Shown: positions 10,048 to 20,157 of the stretch, piece after piece
Numbering within the stretch: the stretch's first letter is position 1
Layout: each line of letters opens with the position of its first letter
From: Longimicrobiales bacterium
GTDB lineage: Bacteria; Gemmatimonadota; Gemmatimonadetes; Longimicrobiales; Gaopeijiaceae
Direction: 5' to 3'
NCBI GenBank assembly: GCA_965202805.1
Contig: OZ241869.1
Location: forward strand, 3,328,001-3,392,000
Length of the DNA: 64,000 bases
Made by a program: the position numbers and the translations under genes
Notes under the pieces: generated by a model
Database searches by the model: none
The model's input: the letters and a program-made list of their open reading frames with translations, nothing else
Told to the model about the DNA's origin: nothing

Positions 10048-11234
10048 CAGTCGCCGACCTCGGCGGTAATGGCCTCCGTCGCGGCGATTTCCTCGAGGAA
10101 CGCGGCCATGTCCTCGAAATCGATCTCCTCGAGCCGCCGCAGATAGTCCCCCGCGGCATCGGCATCGCCCGTGGCGTCCAGATGCCGCCCGATGACTTCC
10201 GCGAGCCCCGCCGGCGAGCGCGTCTCCAGGAGCAGCTCGGAGCGGAGCGATGACCTCGCGTGGCGCACAACGGTCGGGCTCAGTGCCGCCCGCAGGTCAC
10301 CGATGTAGCCTCGAATGCGGGCGCGCATCGTCGTCGCATTGCGGGAAAAGGCCGCCGCCGTCAGCACCAGCCAGGACCGCTCCCCCAACTCCCACCGCTC
10401 GAGATGGGGTTCAAACTCGCCGCCGAACTCCTGAAGGTGGTCGTTCGCGAGGTGCGCGAGCAGGGCGGAGCGCGGATCCCGCGCGTTTCCCGACGGATAT
10501 GCCGTCCCGTACCAGATCCGGATTCGCTCGGGTCTGGGAGCTGTGGATCTTCTCGTCGCCGCTTCCGGGAGCCCGCCCGTCTCCGGCGCCGGCCCCGCCT
10601 CCCCCAGCTCCGAGAGGGCCGAGAACACGGCCTCCAGCGGCAGGTCGGCGACCACGACCACCGAGAGGTTGCCACGACGGTGCGACGCCCGCCAGCGTTC
10701 CACCAGCCGGGCCGGGTGCAGCGCCGCCAGCGACGCGAGGGACCCGGTCACCGACGGAATCGGTGAAGCCATGCGTGAGCGCAACCGGAACCGGAGCGTG
10801 CCCCGGGCGGTTTCCCGCTCTTCCCGGTTCATGCGCTCAAGGCGCGTTCGAGCCGCGACGAAACCGGGCGAAACCGGGCGAGCCACCAACTCGCGCGCAA
10901 CGCCGGCAAGCTGGTCGAAGTCCGCGACCGCGCCGTTCAGCCGATAGACGAGTCCGGAAGAGGTGCGGTGCGCCAGGACTTCGATCCCCAGCATCTCCCT
11001 GAACCTCCGAACGCGCTCCAGCGCCAGAAGCTGGATGAGGTATCCGGCTCCGGCGTCGGAATCGGATTCGACGAAGGGCACCGTGATGCGGATCGCCGCC
11101 GCCCGCGAGCCGGTGGCTTCGACGAAGGCGACGGTCGGGCCGTCAGGCGGACGGAGGATCGTGTCGGGGCGGAGCGACTCGGGGTCGGAGATGGCGCTCA
11201 GAAGCGCGACCCCGGCGAGAAAAGCGGCCGTCAC
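10047..11234 (-). CDS. M16 peptidase-like protein lacking HxxEH
   Basis: GAGYLIQLL at the HxxEH position; GSLASLAAL...NLSVVVVADL; C-terminal YLRRLEEIDFEDM. Confidence 0.6.
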   Translation of the reverse strand: MTAAFLAGVALLSAISDPESLRPDTILRPPDGPTVAFVEATGSRAAAIRITVPFVESDSDAGAGYLIQLLALERVRRFREMLGIEVLAHRTSSGLVYRLNGAVADFDQLAGVARELVARPVSPGFVAARTRLERMNREERETARGTLRFRLRSRMASPIPSVTGSLASLAALHPARLVERWRASHRRGNLSVVVVADLPLEAVFSALSELGEAGPAPETGGLPEAATRRSTAPRPERIRIWYGTAYPSGNARDPRSALLAHLANDHLQEFGGEFEPHLERWELGERSWLVLTAAAFSRNATTMRARIRGYIGDLRAALSPTVVRHARSSLRSELLLETRSPAGLAEVIGRHLDATGDADAAGDYLRRLEEIDFEDMAAFLEEIAATEAITAEVGD

Positions 11235-11249
11235 CTGCCTTGGGCCGGA

Positions 11250-12188
11250 TCAGGGAATGACGTCGATTACGAAACGGTACGGATCGATCGGTCTTCCGTT
11301 CTGGCGCACCTCGTAGTGGACATGCGGAGCCGTCGTGATTCCGGTCCTCCCGACCAGCGCGATCACCTCGCCGCGCTCCACCTCCTGACCTTCTCGCACC
11401 AGGATCTGGCTCGCATGGCCGTACAGGGTCTCGTACCCGAAGCCGTGCTCGATGAGCACGGTCAGGCCGTACCCTTTCCGGCTACCGGTGTCGGTCACCC
11501 TGCCCTTGGCCGTCGCCACGATGGGCGAGCCCGCGGCGGCGGAGATGTCTATGCCCTCGTGCGGGAGCGGAAGGTGGTGCACCGGATGCATGCGGGAGGG
11601 GGAGAAGCGGCTGGAGATGTAGCCGCGGGCCGGAAGGATGGAGGGAAACGACTCCAGCCAGTCGCGATGCCGGTTCAGGGAATCCGCGGCCTCGGAAAGG
11701 CTGGTGCCGAGCAAACGCACCCGGCGCTGGAGCGCCTTCAGATCGAAGGATGTCGCAAAGGCGTCCTTGGAATACAGCGAGTCGAGGCCCCACAGAGGGT
11801 GCGATCGGGGCGTGCTGGTCCCGGGCCCACCGACACCCGCCTGGAGAACCTCGGCGTCGATGGATTCCAGGCCGGCCAGAGCGCGGGTCCGCGCATTCTG
11901 TTCCGTCAGGGATTCGACCGCGCCCTCCAGACCTGCGAGCTCCTGCCGGATGCCGGCCAGTTCGTCGGCCATGACCTGGTTCTTCGCGGCCAGCTGGCGT
12001 GCCTGCATCCGGTGCGCCCCCCCGGAGGCGACGAAGAGCGCAGCCGCCAGGAGAACGGCGAAGACGCCGAGCACGGACAGGATGAGCCTGGGCGAGGCTT
12101 CGAACTGCCGGTGCCGCCCGCCGTTGGACGGCACAAGGAGGATTGAGAACCTGGTCTTCAGCTTGGCGCCGAGGGATTTGTTTGGCAT
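11250..12188 (-). CDS. M23 family metallopeptidase (TM + coiled coil + LytM domain)
   Basis: HEGID, YGH, TGITTAPHVHYEV. Confidence 0.92.
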   Translation of the reverse strand: MPNKSLGAKLKTRFSILLVPSNGGRHRQFEASPRLILSVLGVFAVLLAAALFVASGGAHRMQARQLAAKNQVMADELAGIRQELAGLEGAVESLTEQNARTRALAGLESIDAEVLQAGVGGPGTSTPRSHPLWGLDSLYSKDAFATSFDLKALQRRVRLLGTSLSEAADSLNRHRDWLESFPSILPARGYISSRFSPSRMHPVHHLPLPHEGIDISAAAGSPIVATAKGRVTDTGSRKGYGLTVLIEHGFGYETLYGHASQILVREGQEVERGEVIALVGRTGITTAPHVHYEVRQNGRPIDPYRFVIDVIP

Positions 12189-12271
12189 ACCTCAGGAGCG
12201 GTCGAGGGCCGGGGGCTTACGGCAGAAGGAAAACGACGGTCGTGCAACCTATCCGGGCCCGCCGCGGGACG

Positions 12272-13816
12272 TCAACCCGAAGGCAGCCGTACCCGCGGGA
12301 AGAGGGGGTCGCTGCGCGTCACGGCTCTTCCAGCCAGAGGGGCGTCGAAGGCCCGGTCCAGAGTGGGAACCCGGACGAAGCCCAAGGTTCCCGCCAGCGC
12401 GTTCATCTTCGCGGGCATGACCGGCTCCAGGAGTGCCGTGAGCACCGTCAGGCAGCGCGCGAGCGAGACCAGGGTCTCGTCGAGATCCCGCGCACGCCCC
12501 GGGTCCTTCGCCTGCGCCCACGGCTCCCGCTCCTCCACGTATCGGTTCGCGTGCCGCGCGAGTTCCATGGCCGCGGCCAGGGCGCGATGCAGGCGGAGGC
12601 TGTCCATGAACTCCCGGTAGCGGCGAAGCGCTGCCGCGGTCTCTGCAGCCAGTCCCTGTCCGGCGACGTCGGGCAGCACGCCGTCCCGGTAGCGCGCGAT
12701 CATCGACGTCACCCGGCTGGCGAGGTTTCCCAGAACGTTGGACAGCTCGTCGTAGCGGGTGAGGAAGCGCTCGGGCGTGTATGAGGCGTCGCTGCCGGTA
12801 GGCATCTCGCGCAGCAGGTACCAGCGTACCGCGTCGACCCCGTGGGTCGCGATCAGGGCGAGAGGGTCCACCACGTTCTGCAGCGACTTCGACATCTTGG
12901 TCTCGCCGACGAGCCACCATCCGTGGGCGAGGATGTGCCGCGGCAACTCGACGCCGCACGCCATCAGGATGGTGGGCCAGTACACCGCGTGGGTGGTGAG
13001 GATGTCCTTGCCCATCACGTGCAGGTCGGCCGGCCACCACGACTCGGCGGGCGTGTCGAATCCCTGCTCGTGCGGCGGGGCTTCGGGGGCGATGGCGCCC
13101 GATGCGGTCACGTAGTTGATGAGCGCGTCAACCCAGACGTAGCAGACGTGCTCGGGGTCGAAGGGCAGGGGAATGCCCCAGCTCACGCGGCTCCGTGGAC
13201 GGGAGATCGAGAGGTCCTCGAGCGGCTGCTGGAGAAATCCGAGCACCTCGTTGCGCCGCACGGCCGGAATGATCCAGTCGGGATTGGCCTCGATGTGGCG
13301 CACCAGCCGTTCCTGGTAGGCGCTCATGCGGAAGAAGTAGTTGACCTCCTCGATCTGGCGTACCGGCCGCCCGCAGTCGGGGCAGGTTTTGCCGGGCCCC
13401 AGGTCCTTCTCCGTCCAGTAGCGTTCATCGTGGATGCAGTACCATCCGAAGTAGTGGTCCTTGTAGATGTGCCCCTGGTCGTGGAGCCGCTGCAGGAAGG
13501 CGGTGACGACGGCGATGTGGTCGGCCTCGGTGGTGCGGATGAAGCGGTCGAAGGAGATGTCGAGTTCGTCCCACGCCTCGCGGAAGCGGCCCGCCATGCG
13601 GTCGCACAGGTCGATCGGGGTCAGGCCGCGCCGGGCCGCCTCCTCGGCGATCTTGGGACCGTGTTCGTCGGTGCCGGTGAGGAACCTCACCTCGGCCCCC
13701 GTCTGCCGGTGAAAGCGGGCCAGCACGTCGGTGAGAATGGTGGTGTAGGCGTGCCCGATGTGGGGTTCGCCGGACGCGTAGTAGATCGGCGTCGTCAGGT
13801 AGCGGCGTCGGCTCAT
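12272..13816 (-). CDS. metG: Methionine--tRNA ligase (short form)
   Basis: YLTTPIYY, HIGH, GTDEHG, YVWVDALINY, KMSKS. Confidence 0.97.
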   Translation of the reverse strand: MSRRRYLTTPIYYASGEPHIGHAYTTILTDVLARFHRQTGAEVRFLTGTDEHGPKIAEEAARRGLTPIDLCDRMAGRFREAWDELDISFDRFIRTTEADHIAVVTAFLQRLHDQGHIYKDHYFGWYCIHDERYWTEKDLGPGKTCPDCGRPVRQIEEVNYFFRMSAYQERLVRHIEANPDWIIPAVRRNEVLGFLQQPLEDLSISRPRSRVSWGIPLPFDPEHVCYVWVDALINYVTASGAIAPEAPPHEQGFDTPAESWWPADLHVMGKDILTTHAVYWPTILMACGVELPRHILAHGWWLVGETKMSKSLQNVVDPLALIATHGVDAVRWYLLREMPTGSDASYTPERFLTRYDELSNVLGNLASRVTSMIARYRDGVLPDVAGQGLAAETAAALRRYREFMDSLRLHRALAAAMELARHANRYVEEREPWAQAKDPGRARDLDETLVSLARCLTVLTALLEPVMPAKMNALAGTLGFVRVPTLDRAFDAPLAGRAVTRSDPLFPRVRLPSG

Positions 13817-13823
13817 GTCCGGG

Positions 13824-14672
13824 TCAGTTGGAGCGTTTCCCCCGGGGAACCCTGGACACCTCCTTCTTGAGCTCCTTCAGCGCCACCTTGCGGCGGGCTC
13901 CGTCGTTGGCCAGAAGGGTGACCGTCTCGCTCCAGATGTCCACCGCGACCACCTTCTCCCTGCCCAGCGAGGTCTTCACCGATCTTCCCTCGCGCGGGAA
14001 GCGCCTGCGCGCGCGGACGTACGCATCGTGCTCGTACTTGAGGCAGCACATGAGACGGCCGCAGCATCCGGAGATCTGCGACGGGTTGAGGGACAGCCGC
14101 TGATCCTTCGCCAACTGAAGGCTCACCGGGCGCAGGGAGGGAAGCCAGGTCGAGCAGCACAGTTCGCGGCCACAGCGGCCGACGCCTCCAAGCATCGCGG
14201 CCTCGTCGCGCACGCCGATCTGGCGCAGCTCGATGCGGGTGCGGAAGGTACGGGCCAGATCACGTACCAGGGCCCGGAAGTCGACCCGCCGCTCGGCCGT
14301 GAAGTAGATGATCAGCTTCTTGCGGTCGAACTGCCACTCCGCCTCGGTGACCTTCATCTTCAGCCTGTGGCCGGTCACCTTGTCGCGCGCCAGCGCGCGC
14401 ACCCGATCTTCGTCGGTGCGCAGCCAGCCCACATGCCGGATCTCGTCGGCGAGGGCCTGCCTCAGGACCTTCCGGGACGGTTCCGGCGTGGCGCATCCGC
14501 CGGAGGTGCCGCATTTCCGTTCGGCGATGGCGCCGAGCGCGCTCACCCGGCCGAGATCGCGGCCGCGCTCGGCTTCCACCATCACCCAGCTGCCCGGCTG
14601 AAGCGTCCCGGGCTGGCAGGTGAAGTAGTCCTTGCGCGTTCCCTTGAACCGGACTTCCGCGAACTCTGGCAT
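13824..14672 (-). CDS. ricT: PSP1/RicT (YaaT) family Fe-S protein
   Basis: RVDFRALVRDLA, RIELRQIGVRDEA, CGRELCC, CGRLMCCLKYE; directly upstream of metG. Confidence 0.9.
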   Translation of the reverse strand: MPEFAEVRFKGTRKDYFTCQPGTLQPGSWVMVEAERGRDLGRVSALGAIAERKCGTSGGCATPEPSRKVLRQALADEIRHVGWLRTDEDRVRALARDKVTGHRLKMKVTEAEWQFDRKKLIIYFTAERRVDFRALVRDLARTFRTRIELRQIGVRDEAAMLGGVGRCGRELCCSTWLPSLRPVSLQLAKDQRLSLNPSQISGCCGRLMCCLKYEHDAYVRARRRFPREGRSVKTSLGREKVVAVDIWSETVTLLANDGARRKVALKELKKEVSRVPRGKRSN

Positions 14673-14701
14673 CTATTCTCGAACCCGGGCGGGGTATGTC
14701 C

Positions 14702-15736
14702 TCAGCCGCCAGCTCCCATGCTTCTGCCGCTCTCCGCGTCGAGTCGGGGCCCCGTGAACCCGGACTCTTCGATCGCCTTCCCGGCCCAGTCCCCGATCGT
14801 CTCGTACTTGGCCCAGCGCCGTGACAGCAATTCGTCGCTGTCGAGCACGGTCAGCTCGGCCAGGTGCCGCTTGAGTGTCCTGGCAACGCTCCTCGAGGCG
14901 GCCTCCCAGTCGGAGTGGGCGCCGCCGACCGGTTCCGCGATGATGTCGTCCGCCACGCCCAGCCCGAGCAGATCGCTCGAGGTCAGGCGCAACGCCTCGG
15001 CGGCCTTCTCGCGGTGGTCCCGCGACCGCCAGAGGATGGCGGCGCACCCTTCCGGGGAGATGACCGAATACACGGCGTGCTCCAGCATGAGGATGCGGTC
15101 GGTCACCCCGATGCCGAGCGCGCCGCCGGACATGCCCTCGCCGATGACTACGGAGATGGTAGGGACCCGCAGTGCCGCCATCTCGCGGAGGTTGCGGGCG
15201 ATGGCCTCGCCGATGCCGCGCTCCTCGGAGCCGAGTCCGGGGTACGCCCCGGGGGTGTCGATGACGGTGACGACCGGGCGCCCGAACTTTTCTGCCATCT
15301 TCATCAGGCGCAGCGCCTTGCGGTATCCTTCCGGGTGGGGCATGCCGAAGTTGCGGCGCAGGTTCTCCTTCATGGCCCGGCCCTTCTGCTGGCCGATGAC
15401 CATCAGGGACTGTCCGTCCAGGCACGCCCAGCCCGCCACGATGGCCTGGTCGTCCCGATAGCTCCGGTCGCCGTGAAGCTCGATCCAGTCGGTGAAGAGG
15501 CGCTCCACATAATCGAGCATGTACGGGCGGTTGGGATGGCGCGCCACCTGCACGCGCTCCATCGGGGCGAGGTTCCGGTAGGTCTCCTCGGTCATGGCCG
15601 CGAGCCGGCTGCGAAGGACCTCGATTTCCCGCACCACGTCGATGCCCTTCTCGTCCGCCAGCGCGCGAAGACCGTCGATCTGCTGCTGCAGTTCGGCGAT
15701 GTCGCGCTCAAACCTGAGATGTGTGGTCCCGGCCAA
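14702..15736 (-). CDS. accA: Acetyl-CoA carboxylase carboxyltransferase alpha
   Basis: ARHPNRP, ELHGDR, NFGMPHPEGYRKALR, DTPGAYPG, YSVISPEGCAAILW. Confidence 0.97.
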   Translation of the reverse strand: MAGTTHLRFERDIAELQQQIDGLRALADEKGIDVVREIEVLRSRLAAMTEETYRNLAPMERVQVARHPNRPYMLDYVERLFTDWIELHGDRSYRDDQAIVAGWACLDGQSLMVIGQQKGRAMKENLRRNFGMPHPEGYRKALRLMKMAEKFGRPVVTVIDTPGAYPGLGSEERGIGEAIARNLREMAALRVPTISVVIGEGMSGGALGIGVTDRILMLEHAVYSVISPEGCAAILWRSRDHREKAAEALRLTSSDLLGLGVADDIIAEPVGGAHSDWEAASRSVARTLKRHLAELTVLDSDELLSRRWAKYETIGDWAGKAIEESGFTGPRLDAESGRSMGAGG

Positions 15737-15853
15737 GAGCCGTCTCCATTCATTTCATGTTCGCCTTCGCGATGGACAAGGCGGAAACTGCCATGGTCGC
15801 GCATCCGGGCCGCGAATACAAGTGTTTACAGCTTCGGCCCGGGGCTCGGCCCG

Positions 15854-17650
15854 TCAGTTGCCGCCCGTCTGCATGAGCAGATGGCCCTGCGGGTCGAGAG
15901 TCGTTGCGGAAGGCGCGGCTTCGAGCGGGATGCGGAACGTCTGTTCCCTCCCGGTGACCTCGACGCGGCGGCGTTCGGCGTTGCCGTTCACCTCGAAGCC
16001 GATGTCCAGCGGGAGACGGAAGGCGGGCCAGTCGGCCTGCTGGGTCTGCCGGATGGTGACCTCCGCCTCGCCGGCATCCGCATCCCAGGTGGTCTCGGAC
16101 GTGACCACCGGAAAGCCGGGCCGGTAAAGCCATTGCTCGAAGAACCAGCCCAGGTCGGAGCCGGAGACCTCCTCCATGACGGCGCGGAAGTCCGAGGTGC
16201 TCGCCACGCCGTCGCGGAAGCGCGCGTAGTAGCTGCGGATGCCGGCGAAGAAGACCTCGTCTCCCAGCATGCCCCGCAGCATGTGCAGCACCCATGCTCC
16301 CTTCGGATAGTTGTTCGCGTTGAGCAGGCTGAAGAGGTTGGTCTCCTCGCGGTCCACCACGGGCCGGTTGACGTCGGTCGAGGCGAGCACGCGCTGGCGG
16401 TTGCCTTCCATCATATTGCGGAAGTCCGCGGGTCCGTCGGCCTCCTCGAAGAAGAGCGCCCCGAAGTAGGTGGCGAAGCCCTCGGAGAGCCAGAGGTCGT
16501 ACCACTCCGACTCCGTGACGCTGTCGCCGAACCACTGGTGGGCGATCTCGTGTGAGACGGTGCCCTCCATGTTCCGGCCTTCGGCGATGCCCTGCTCGGT
16601 GTAGAAGATGGCCGAGGAGTTCTCCATGCCGCCGAAGCGGGTGGCGCTCTGCACGTTGGCCAGCTTCTCGTAGGGGTAGGGGCCGATGAGGTCGGTGAAG
16701 AAGTCGACCATCTCGGCCGCGCGCCGGAAGATGCGGGCGGCGTTTTCGGTGTCCTGCGGGTAGACCCAGTAGCTCACGCGCGTGCAGCCGTCGCTGCGCG
16801 GGGAGACGGGGGAGTTGCCGCACGCGGCCAGCCCCACCTGGCGCACGGCGAGGTCGGCGCCGCCGACCACCATGGTGTAGCTGGGGATGGGCACCGAGGT
16901 GGTCCAGCGCCAGGTGCGCCGGCCGGCCGCGCCTCCCAGGGCGTCGTCGCCGGTGGGGGTGGGGGGGGCTGCGATAGTGCCGTTGGCGATCACCTGCCAG
17001 GCGGCGGGCGCGTGGATGGTGTATTCCACCGTCGCCTTGTCGCTCGGGTGGTCGACGGACGGGAACCAGAAGCGCGCCCGGTTCGGCCAGTTGTCGGCGA
17101 AGGCCGCCGGGTCGCCGTGCACGTTGTCGCGCAGGATGAGCCCGTCGTCGGGGGTGCCGCCGTAGGCCACGGCCACCTCCACGGTGCCGGTCGCGCCCGG
17201 GGGCGCGAAGACGCGCAGCTTGCCGTCGGCGTACTCGAACGGGGTGCGGACGCCGTCGACCTCGATGGCGTGAACGGCCAGCCCCACCAGGTCGAACTCC
17301 ATCGGCGCCTCCGGGTCGGCGGGGGGCGCGACCACGATGCGCGCGCGGGCGTCGAAGTCGTCCCGGTCCTCATGGAGCGATAGCTCCAGGTCGTAGTGGA
17401 GGACGTCGAAGGCGCCCGCGTACTCGCCGGGGAGGGGGGCTCGCCCCGCCTCTACGGGGTCCGGCTCGGAGGCGCTCATCACGGCTCCGGGCTCGAGGGG
17501 AACGTCCGGGGCGAGCTCGGGGGCGGGGGTGTCCGCCGCGGGCGGGGTGGCGGGGGCGCATGCGGCGGCGAGCATGCCGGCCAGGACCAGCAGGGGAGAC
17601 GGCATGCCGGGGGGCGGTGCAATGAAGCCGAGGGCCCTTCGAGGGTTCAC
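15854..17650 (-). CDS. M1 family aminopeptidase, probable lipoprotein
   Basis: GGMEN, HEIAHQWFG...WLSEGFATY, YPKGAWVLHMLR; LAAAC lipobox; GTG at 17650 follows GGAGG. Confidence 0.92.
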   Translation of the reverse strand: MNPRRALGFIAPPPGMPSPLLVLAGMLAAACAPATPPAADTPAPELAPDVPLEPGAVMSASEPDPVEAGRAPLPGEYAGAFDVLHYDLELSLHEDRDDFDARARIVVAPPADPEAPMEFDLVGLAVHAIEVDGVRTPFEYADGKLRVFAPPGATGTVEVAVAYGGTPDDGLILRDNVHGDPAAFADNWPNRARFWFPSVDHPSDKATVEYTIHAPAAWQVIANGTIAAPPTPTGDDALGGAAGRRTWRWTTSVPIPSYTMVVGGADLAVRQVGLAACGNSPVSPRSDGCTRVSYWVYPQDTENAARIFRRAAEMVDFFTDLIGPYPYEKLANVQSATRFGGMENSSAIFYTEQGIAEGRNMEGTVSHEIAHQWFGDSVTESEWYDLWLSEGFATYFGALFFEEADGPADFRNMMEGNRQRVLASTDVNRPVVDREETNLFSLLNANNYPKGAWVLHMLRGMLGDEVFFAGIRSYYARFRDGVASTSDFRAVMEEVSGSDLGWFFEQWLYRPGFPVVTSETTWDADAGEAEVTIRQTQQADWPAFRLPLDIGFEVNGNAERRRVEVTGREQTFRIPLEAAPSATTLDPQGHLLMQTGGN

Positions 17651-17838
17651 GTCGATATCCTCCGAGGCGCCCGGGGAGCCGGCGGGCACCATGCTGGTTT
17701 GCATGCATGATCGTGAGCGGTCCAATATCACGGATGCCTCATGCTGCCGCCAACCGGGGCCTCGAGTACCGGGCCCGATGCGCCGTGCGCCCTGCGCGGC
17801 AACCGGTCACCGGACGATCACCGACCCGCCCTCATCCC

Positions 17839-19152
17839 ATGAATCGCATCATGTATCGCCATCCATCGTGCAACAGACTCCGCGCCATCGTCCTCGCGTC
17901 GCTCCTCGCCCTCACGGCACTGGCCGGATCGGCTCCGCGCCAGGCGCGCGCGCAGGAGCTGCCCCGCGTCGCCCCCGCCGAAGCCGGGTTCGCGCCCGGC
18001 CGCCTGGAGCGGGTCGGCGCGATGCTGGACGAATACGTCGTCGACGGGCGCTTGCCGGGCGCGGTCGTCGCCGTGCTTCGGGACGGCGCCGTGGTGTATG
18101 AGCACGCAACCGGTTCCGCCGACCTGGAGGCGGGCACGCCGCTGGGGGCGGACGCGATCTTCCGCATCGCCTCGCAGACCAAGGCCATCGTGAGCGTGGC
18201 TGTGATGATGCTGCAGGAGGACGGCGCGCTGCTGATCTCCGATCCGGTGGGGAAGTACCTGCCTGCGTTCACGGAGACCACGGTCGCCGAACCGCTGCCG
18301 GACGGAGGGTACGACGTGGTGGCGGCGCAACGGCCGATCACCGTTCGCGACCTGCTCACCCATACGGCGGGGATCGCCTACGGCATGGGCGGGCCCGGAG
18401 CGGATCGCTGGAGGGAGGCGGAGATCAGCGGATGGTATTTCGCCCACCGCGAGGAACCTGTGCGCGCGACGGTCGACCGCATGGGGTCGCTGCCCTTCCA
18501 GGCCCAGCCCGGGGAGCGCTTCGTCTACGGCTACAACACCGACATCCTGGGGGCGCTGGTCGAAGCCGTCTCGGGGCGGACCCTGGAGGCCTTCCTGCAC
18601 TCGCGCATCTTCGAGCCGCTGGACATGCGCGACACCCACTTCTACCTGCCGCCGGAGAAGCGGGACCGGCTGGCGACGGTCTACAACCGGAGAATCCCGG
18701 GGGCACTGGCGCGGGCCCGCGACGGCGAGGGCATGGATGCACAGGGGCAGTACGTGGACGGCCCCCGGATCAGCTTCTCGGGCGGCGCGGGACTGCTCTC
18801 CACCGCGCGCGACTACGCCCGCTTTCTGCAGATGATGCTCGACGGCGGCACGCTCGGAGATTCGCGCATCCTTTCCCCGGCGAGCGTCGCGCTGATGACC
18901 AGCAACCACGTGGGCGACCTATTCGCGCCGGGGATGGGGTTCGGGCTGGGCTTCAGCGTGCGCCTGGATCTGGGGGAGGCCGGTGAACCGGGCTCGCTCG
19001 GGGACTACGGCTGGGGCGGCGCCTACCACACCACCTACTGGGTGGACCCGGTGGAACGGCTGGTGGTCGTCTACTTCACCCAGGTCATCCCCGCCGCCGG
19101 CCTGGACGATCACCAGAAGCTGCGAGCGCTGGTGTACGGGGCGCTGCGCTAA
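17839..19152 (+). CDS. Exported serine hydrolase, beta-lactamase class C-like family
   Basis: FRIASQTK (SxxK), LLTHTAG, PGERFVYG, WGGAY; signal peptide; start uncertain. Confidence 0.9.
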   Translation: MNRIMYRHPSCNRLRAIVLASLLALTALAGSAPRQARAQELPRVAPAEAGFAPGRLERVGAMLDEYVVDGRLPGAVVAVLRDGAVVYEHATGSADLEAGTPLGADAIFRIASQTKAIVSVAVMMLQEDGALLISDPVGKYLPAFTETTVAEPLPDGGYDVVAAQRPITVRDLLTHTAGIAYGMGGPGADRWREAEISGWYFAHREEPVRATVDRMGSLPFQAQPGERFVYGYNTDILGALVEAVSGRTLEAFLHSRIFEPLDMRDTHFYLPPEKRDRLATVYNRRIPGALARARDGEGMDAQGQYVDGPRISFSGGAGLLSTARDYARFLQMMLDGGTLGDSRILSPASVALMTSNHVGDLFAPGMGFGLGFSVRLDLGEAGEPGSLGDYGWGGAYHTTYWVDPVERLVVVYFTQVIPAAGLDDHQKLRALVYGALR

Positions 19153-19247
19153 GTGGCAGCCCTCGGGCGAACCCCGCGCGGCATTCGCGCGGCGATGCAT
19201 CAGCGCTGAATCGCTTCGCTCTGCGGTGCCTTCAGGCCGCTTCCGAG

Positions 19248-19607
19248 CTACCCTCCGACGTGCCGCCGATAGTGCAGCAGGCGCGCCGCGTGGGCGAAAC
19301 CGTAGAAGTACTTTCGCAACCCTTCCGCTGATTCAGGGGGCACGTCGGGATCGAAGAAAAGGCGGCAGAATTCCTCTCGCGCTCTGAGAATCTCCTGACA
19401 GCGGTGGCCGTGCCAGCGCGGGTCTGCGGCGGTCAGATCGAAGAGCTCCAGCGCCCGTTCCAGGGCACCCTCGAACCGGCTCGTCCGTCCGGCGCTGTGG
19501 GCTCGGATGGTGCGCTCCACTTCGCTGCCTGTGTTTCCGAGCTGTTCAACGAGCTCCAACCGGTTCCAGCCGCCTGCCGCGGCGCGCTTGTGGAGGGTGC
19601 GGCTCAT
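19248..19607 (-). CDS. Helical hypothetical protein, partner of DUF5674
   Basis: W..L.LVEQLGNTGSEVER, ERALELFDLT, EILRARE, KYF pattern; starts 10 bp after the DUF5674 stop. Confidence 0.75.
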   Translation of the reverse strand: MSRTLHKRAAAGGWNRLELVEQLGNTGSEVERTIRAHSAGRTSRFEGALERALELFDLTAADPRWHGHRCQEILRAREEFCRLFFDPDVPPESAEGLRKYFYGFAHAARLLHYRRHVGG

Positions 19608-19617
19608 CTGCAGTGGA

Positions 19618-19971
19618 TCATCCCGCGATGATCAATGATTCGACGACGACGCGGATGCGAGCCCGGGTTCGCGCGTCGTCGACGCCTCGCGACCGATTGC
19701 CGTCGCGGGGACGGATGTTGATCATGGAGTCGAACTCGATCCAGTCCGCGCCGTCGTCCCCCGGATAGAGGTTGATTCCCCAGAGATCGCCCTGACGAGA
19801 CCCCTGTGCCAGGAGGACGGCTTCGTCGTCGGCGTGCAGGTCTCCGCCGACGACCATGATCCCGCGCGATACGTCGACAACGGCCTTGATCCAGTCGCCG
19901 AACTGCTCTTCGGCCCACCCGAAAAGCTCTTCGCGGGCGATGGGGGTCGTGACCACGCGTCCGGTTGTCAA
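19618..19971 (-). CDS. DUF5674 family protein
   Basis: IKAVVDV, GGDLHADDE, GSRQGDLWGINLYP, EFDSMINIRP, NRSRGV; probable TTG start at 19971. Confidence 0.8.
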   Translation of the reverse strand: MTTGRVVTTPIAREELFGWAEEQFGDWIKAVVDVSRGIMVVGGDLHADDEAVLLAQGSRQGDLWGINLYPGDDGADWIEFDSMINIRPRDGNRSRGVDDARTRARIRVVVESLIIAG

Positions 19972-20157
19972 TCCATGGATTCCTGGCCTGGGGAGCAGTT
20001 GGTGCCCGCCTGGGTCCCGCGAGTCGCCAGAACGGCGCGACACAAGGTAACGCCCGGCTGCCTCGCGCGGGGATGGCCCGCCGCGATCGCGTGCGTTGCC
20101 CGTCAGGCGCGCCCGAGCGTGGCGTAGCCCATTGACGCGGCTCCCGGCCCCGGGGCC

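Noticed and set aside
17839..19152. Beta-lactamase resistance gene
   Set aside because: Has SxxK but lacks the class C YxN and KTG motifs; fits the broad esterase/amidase group
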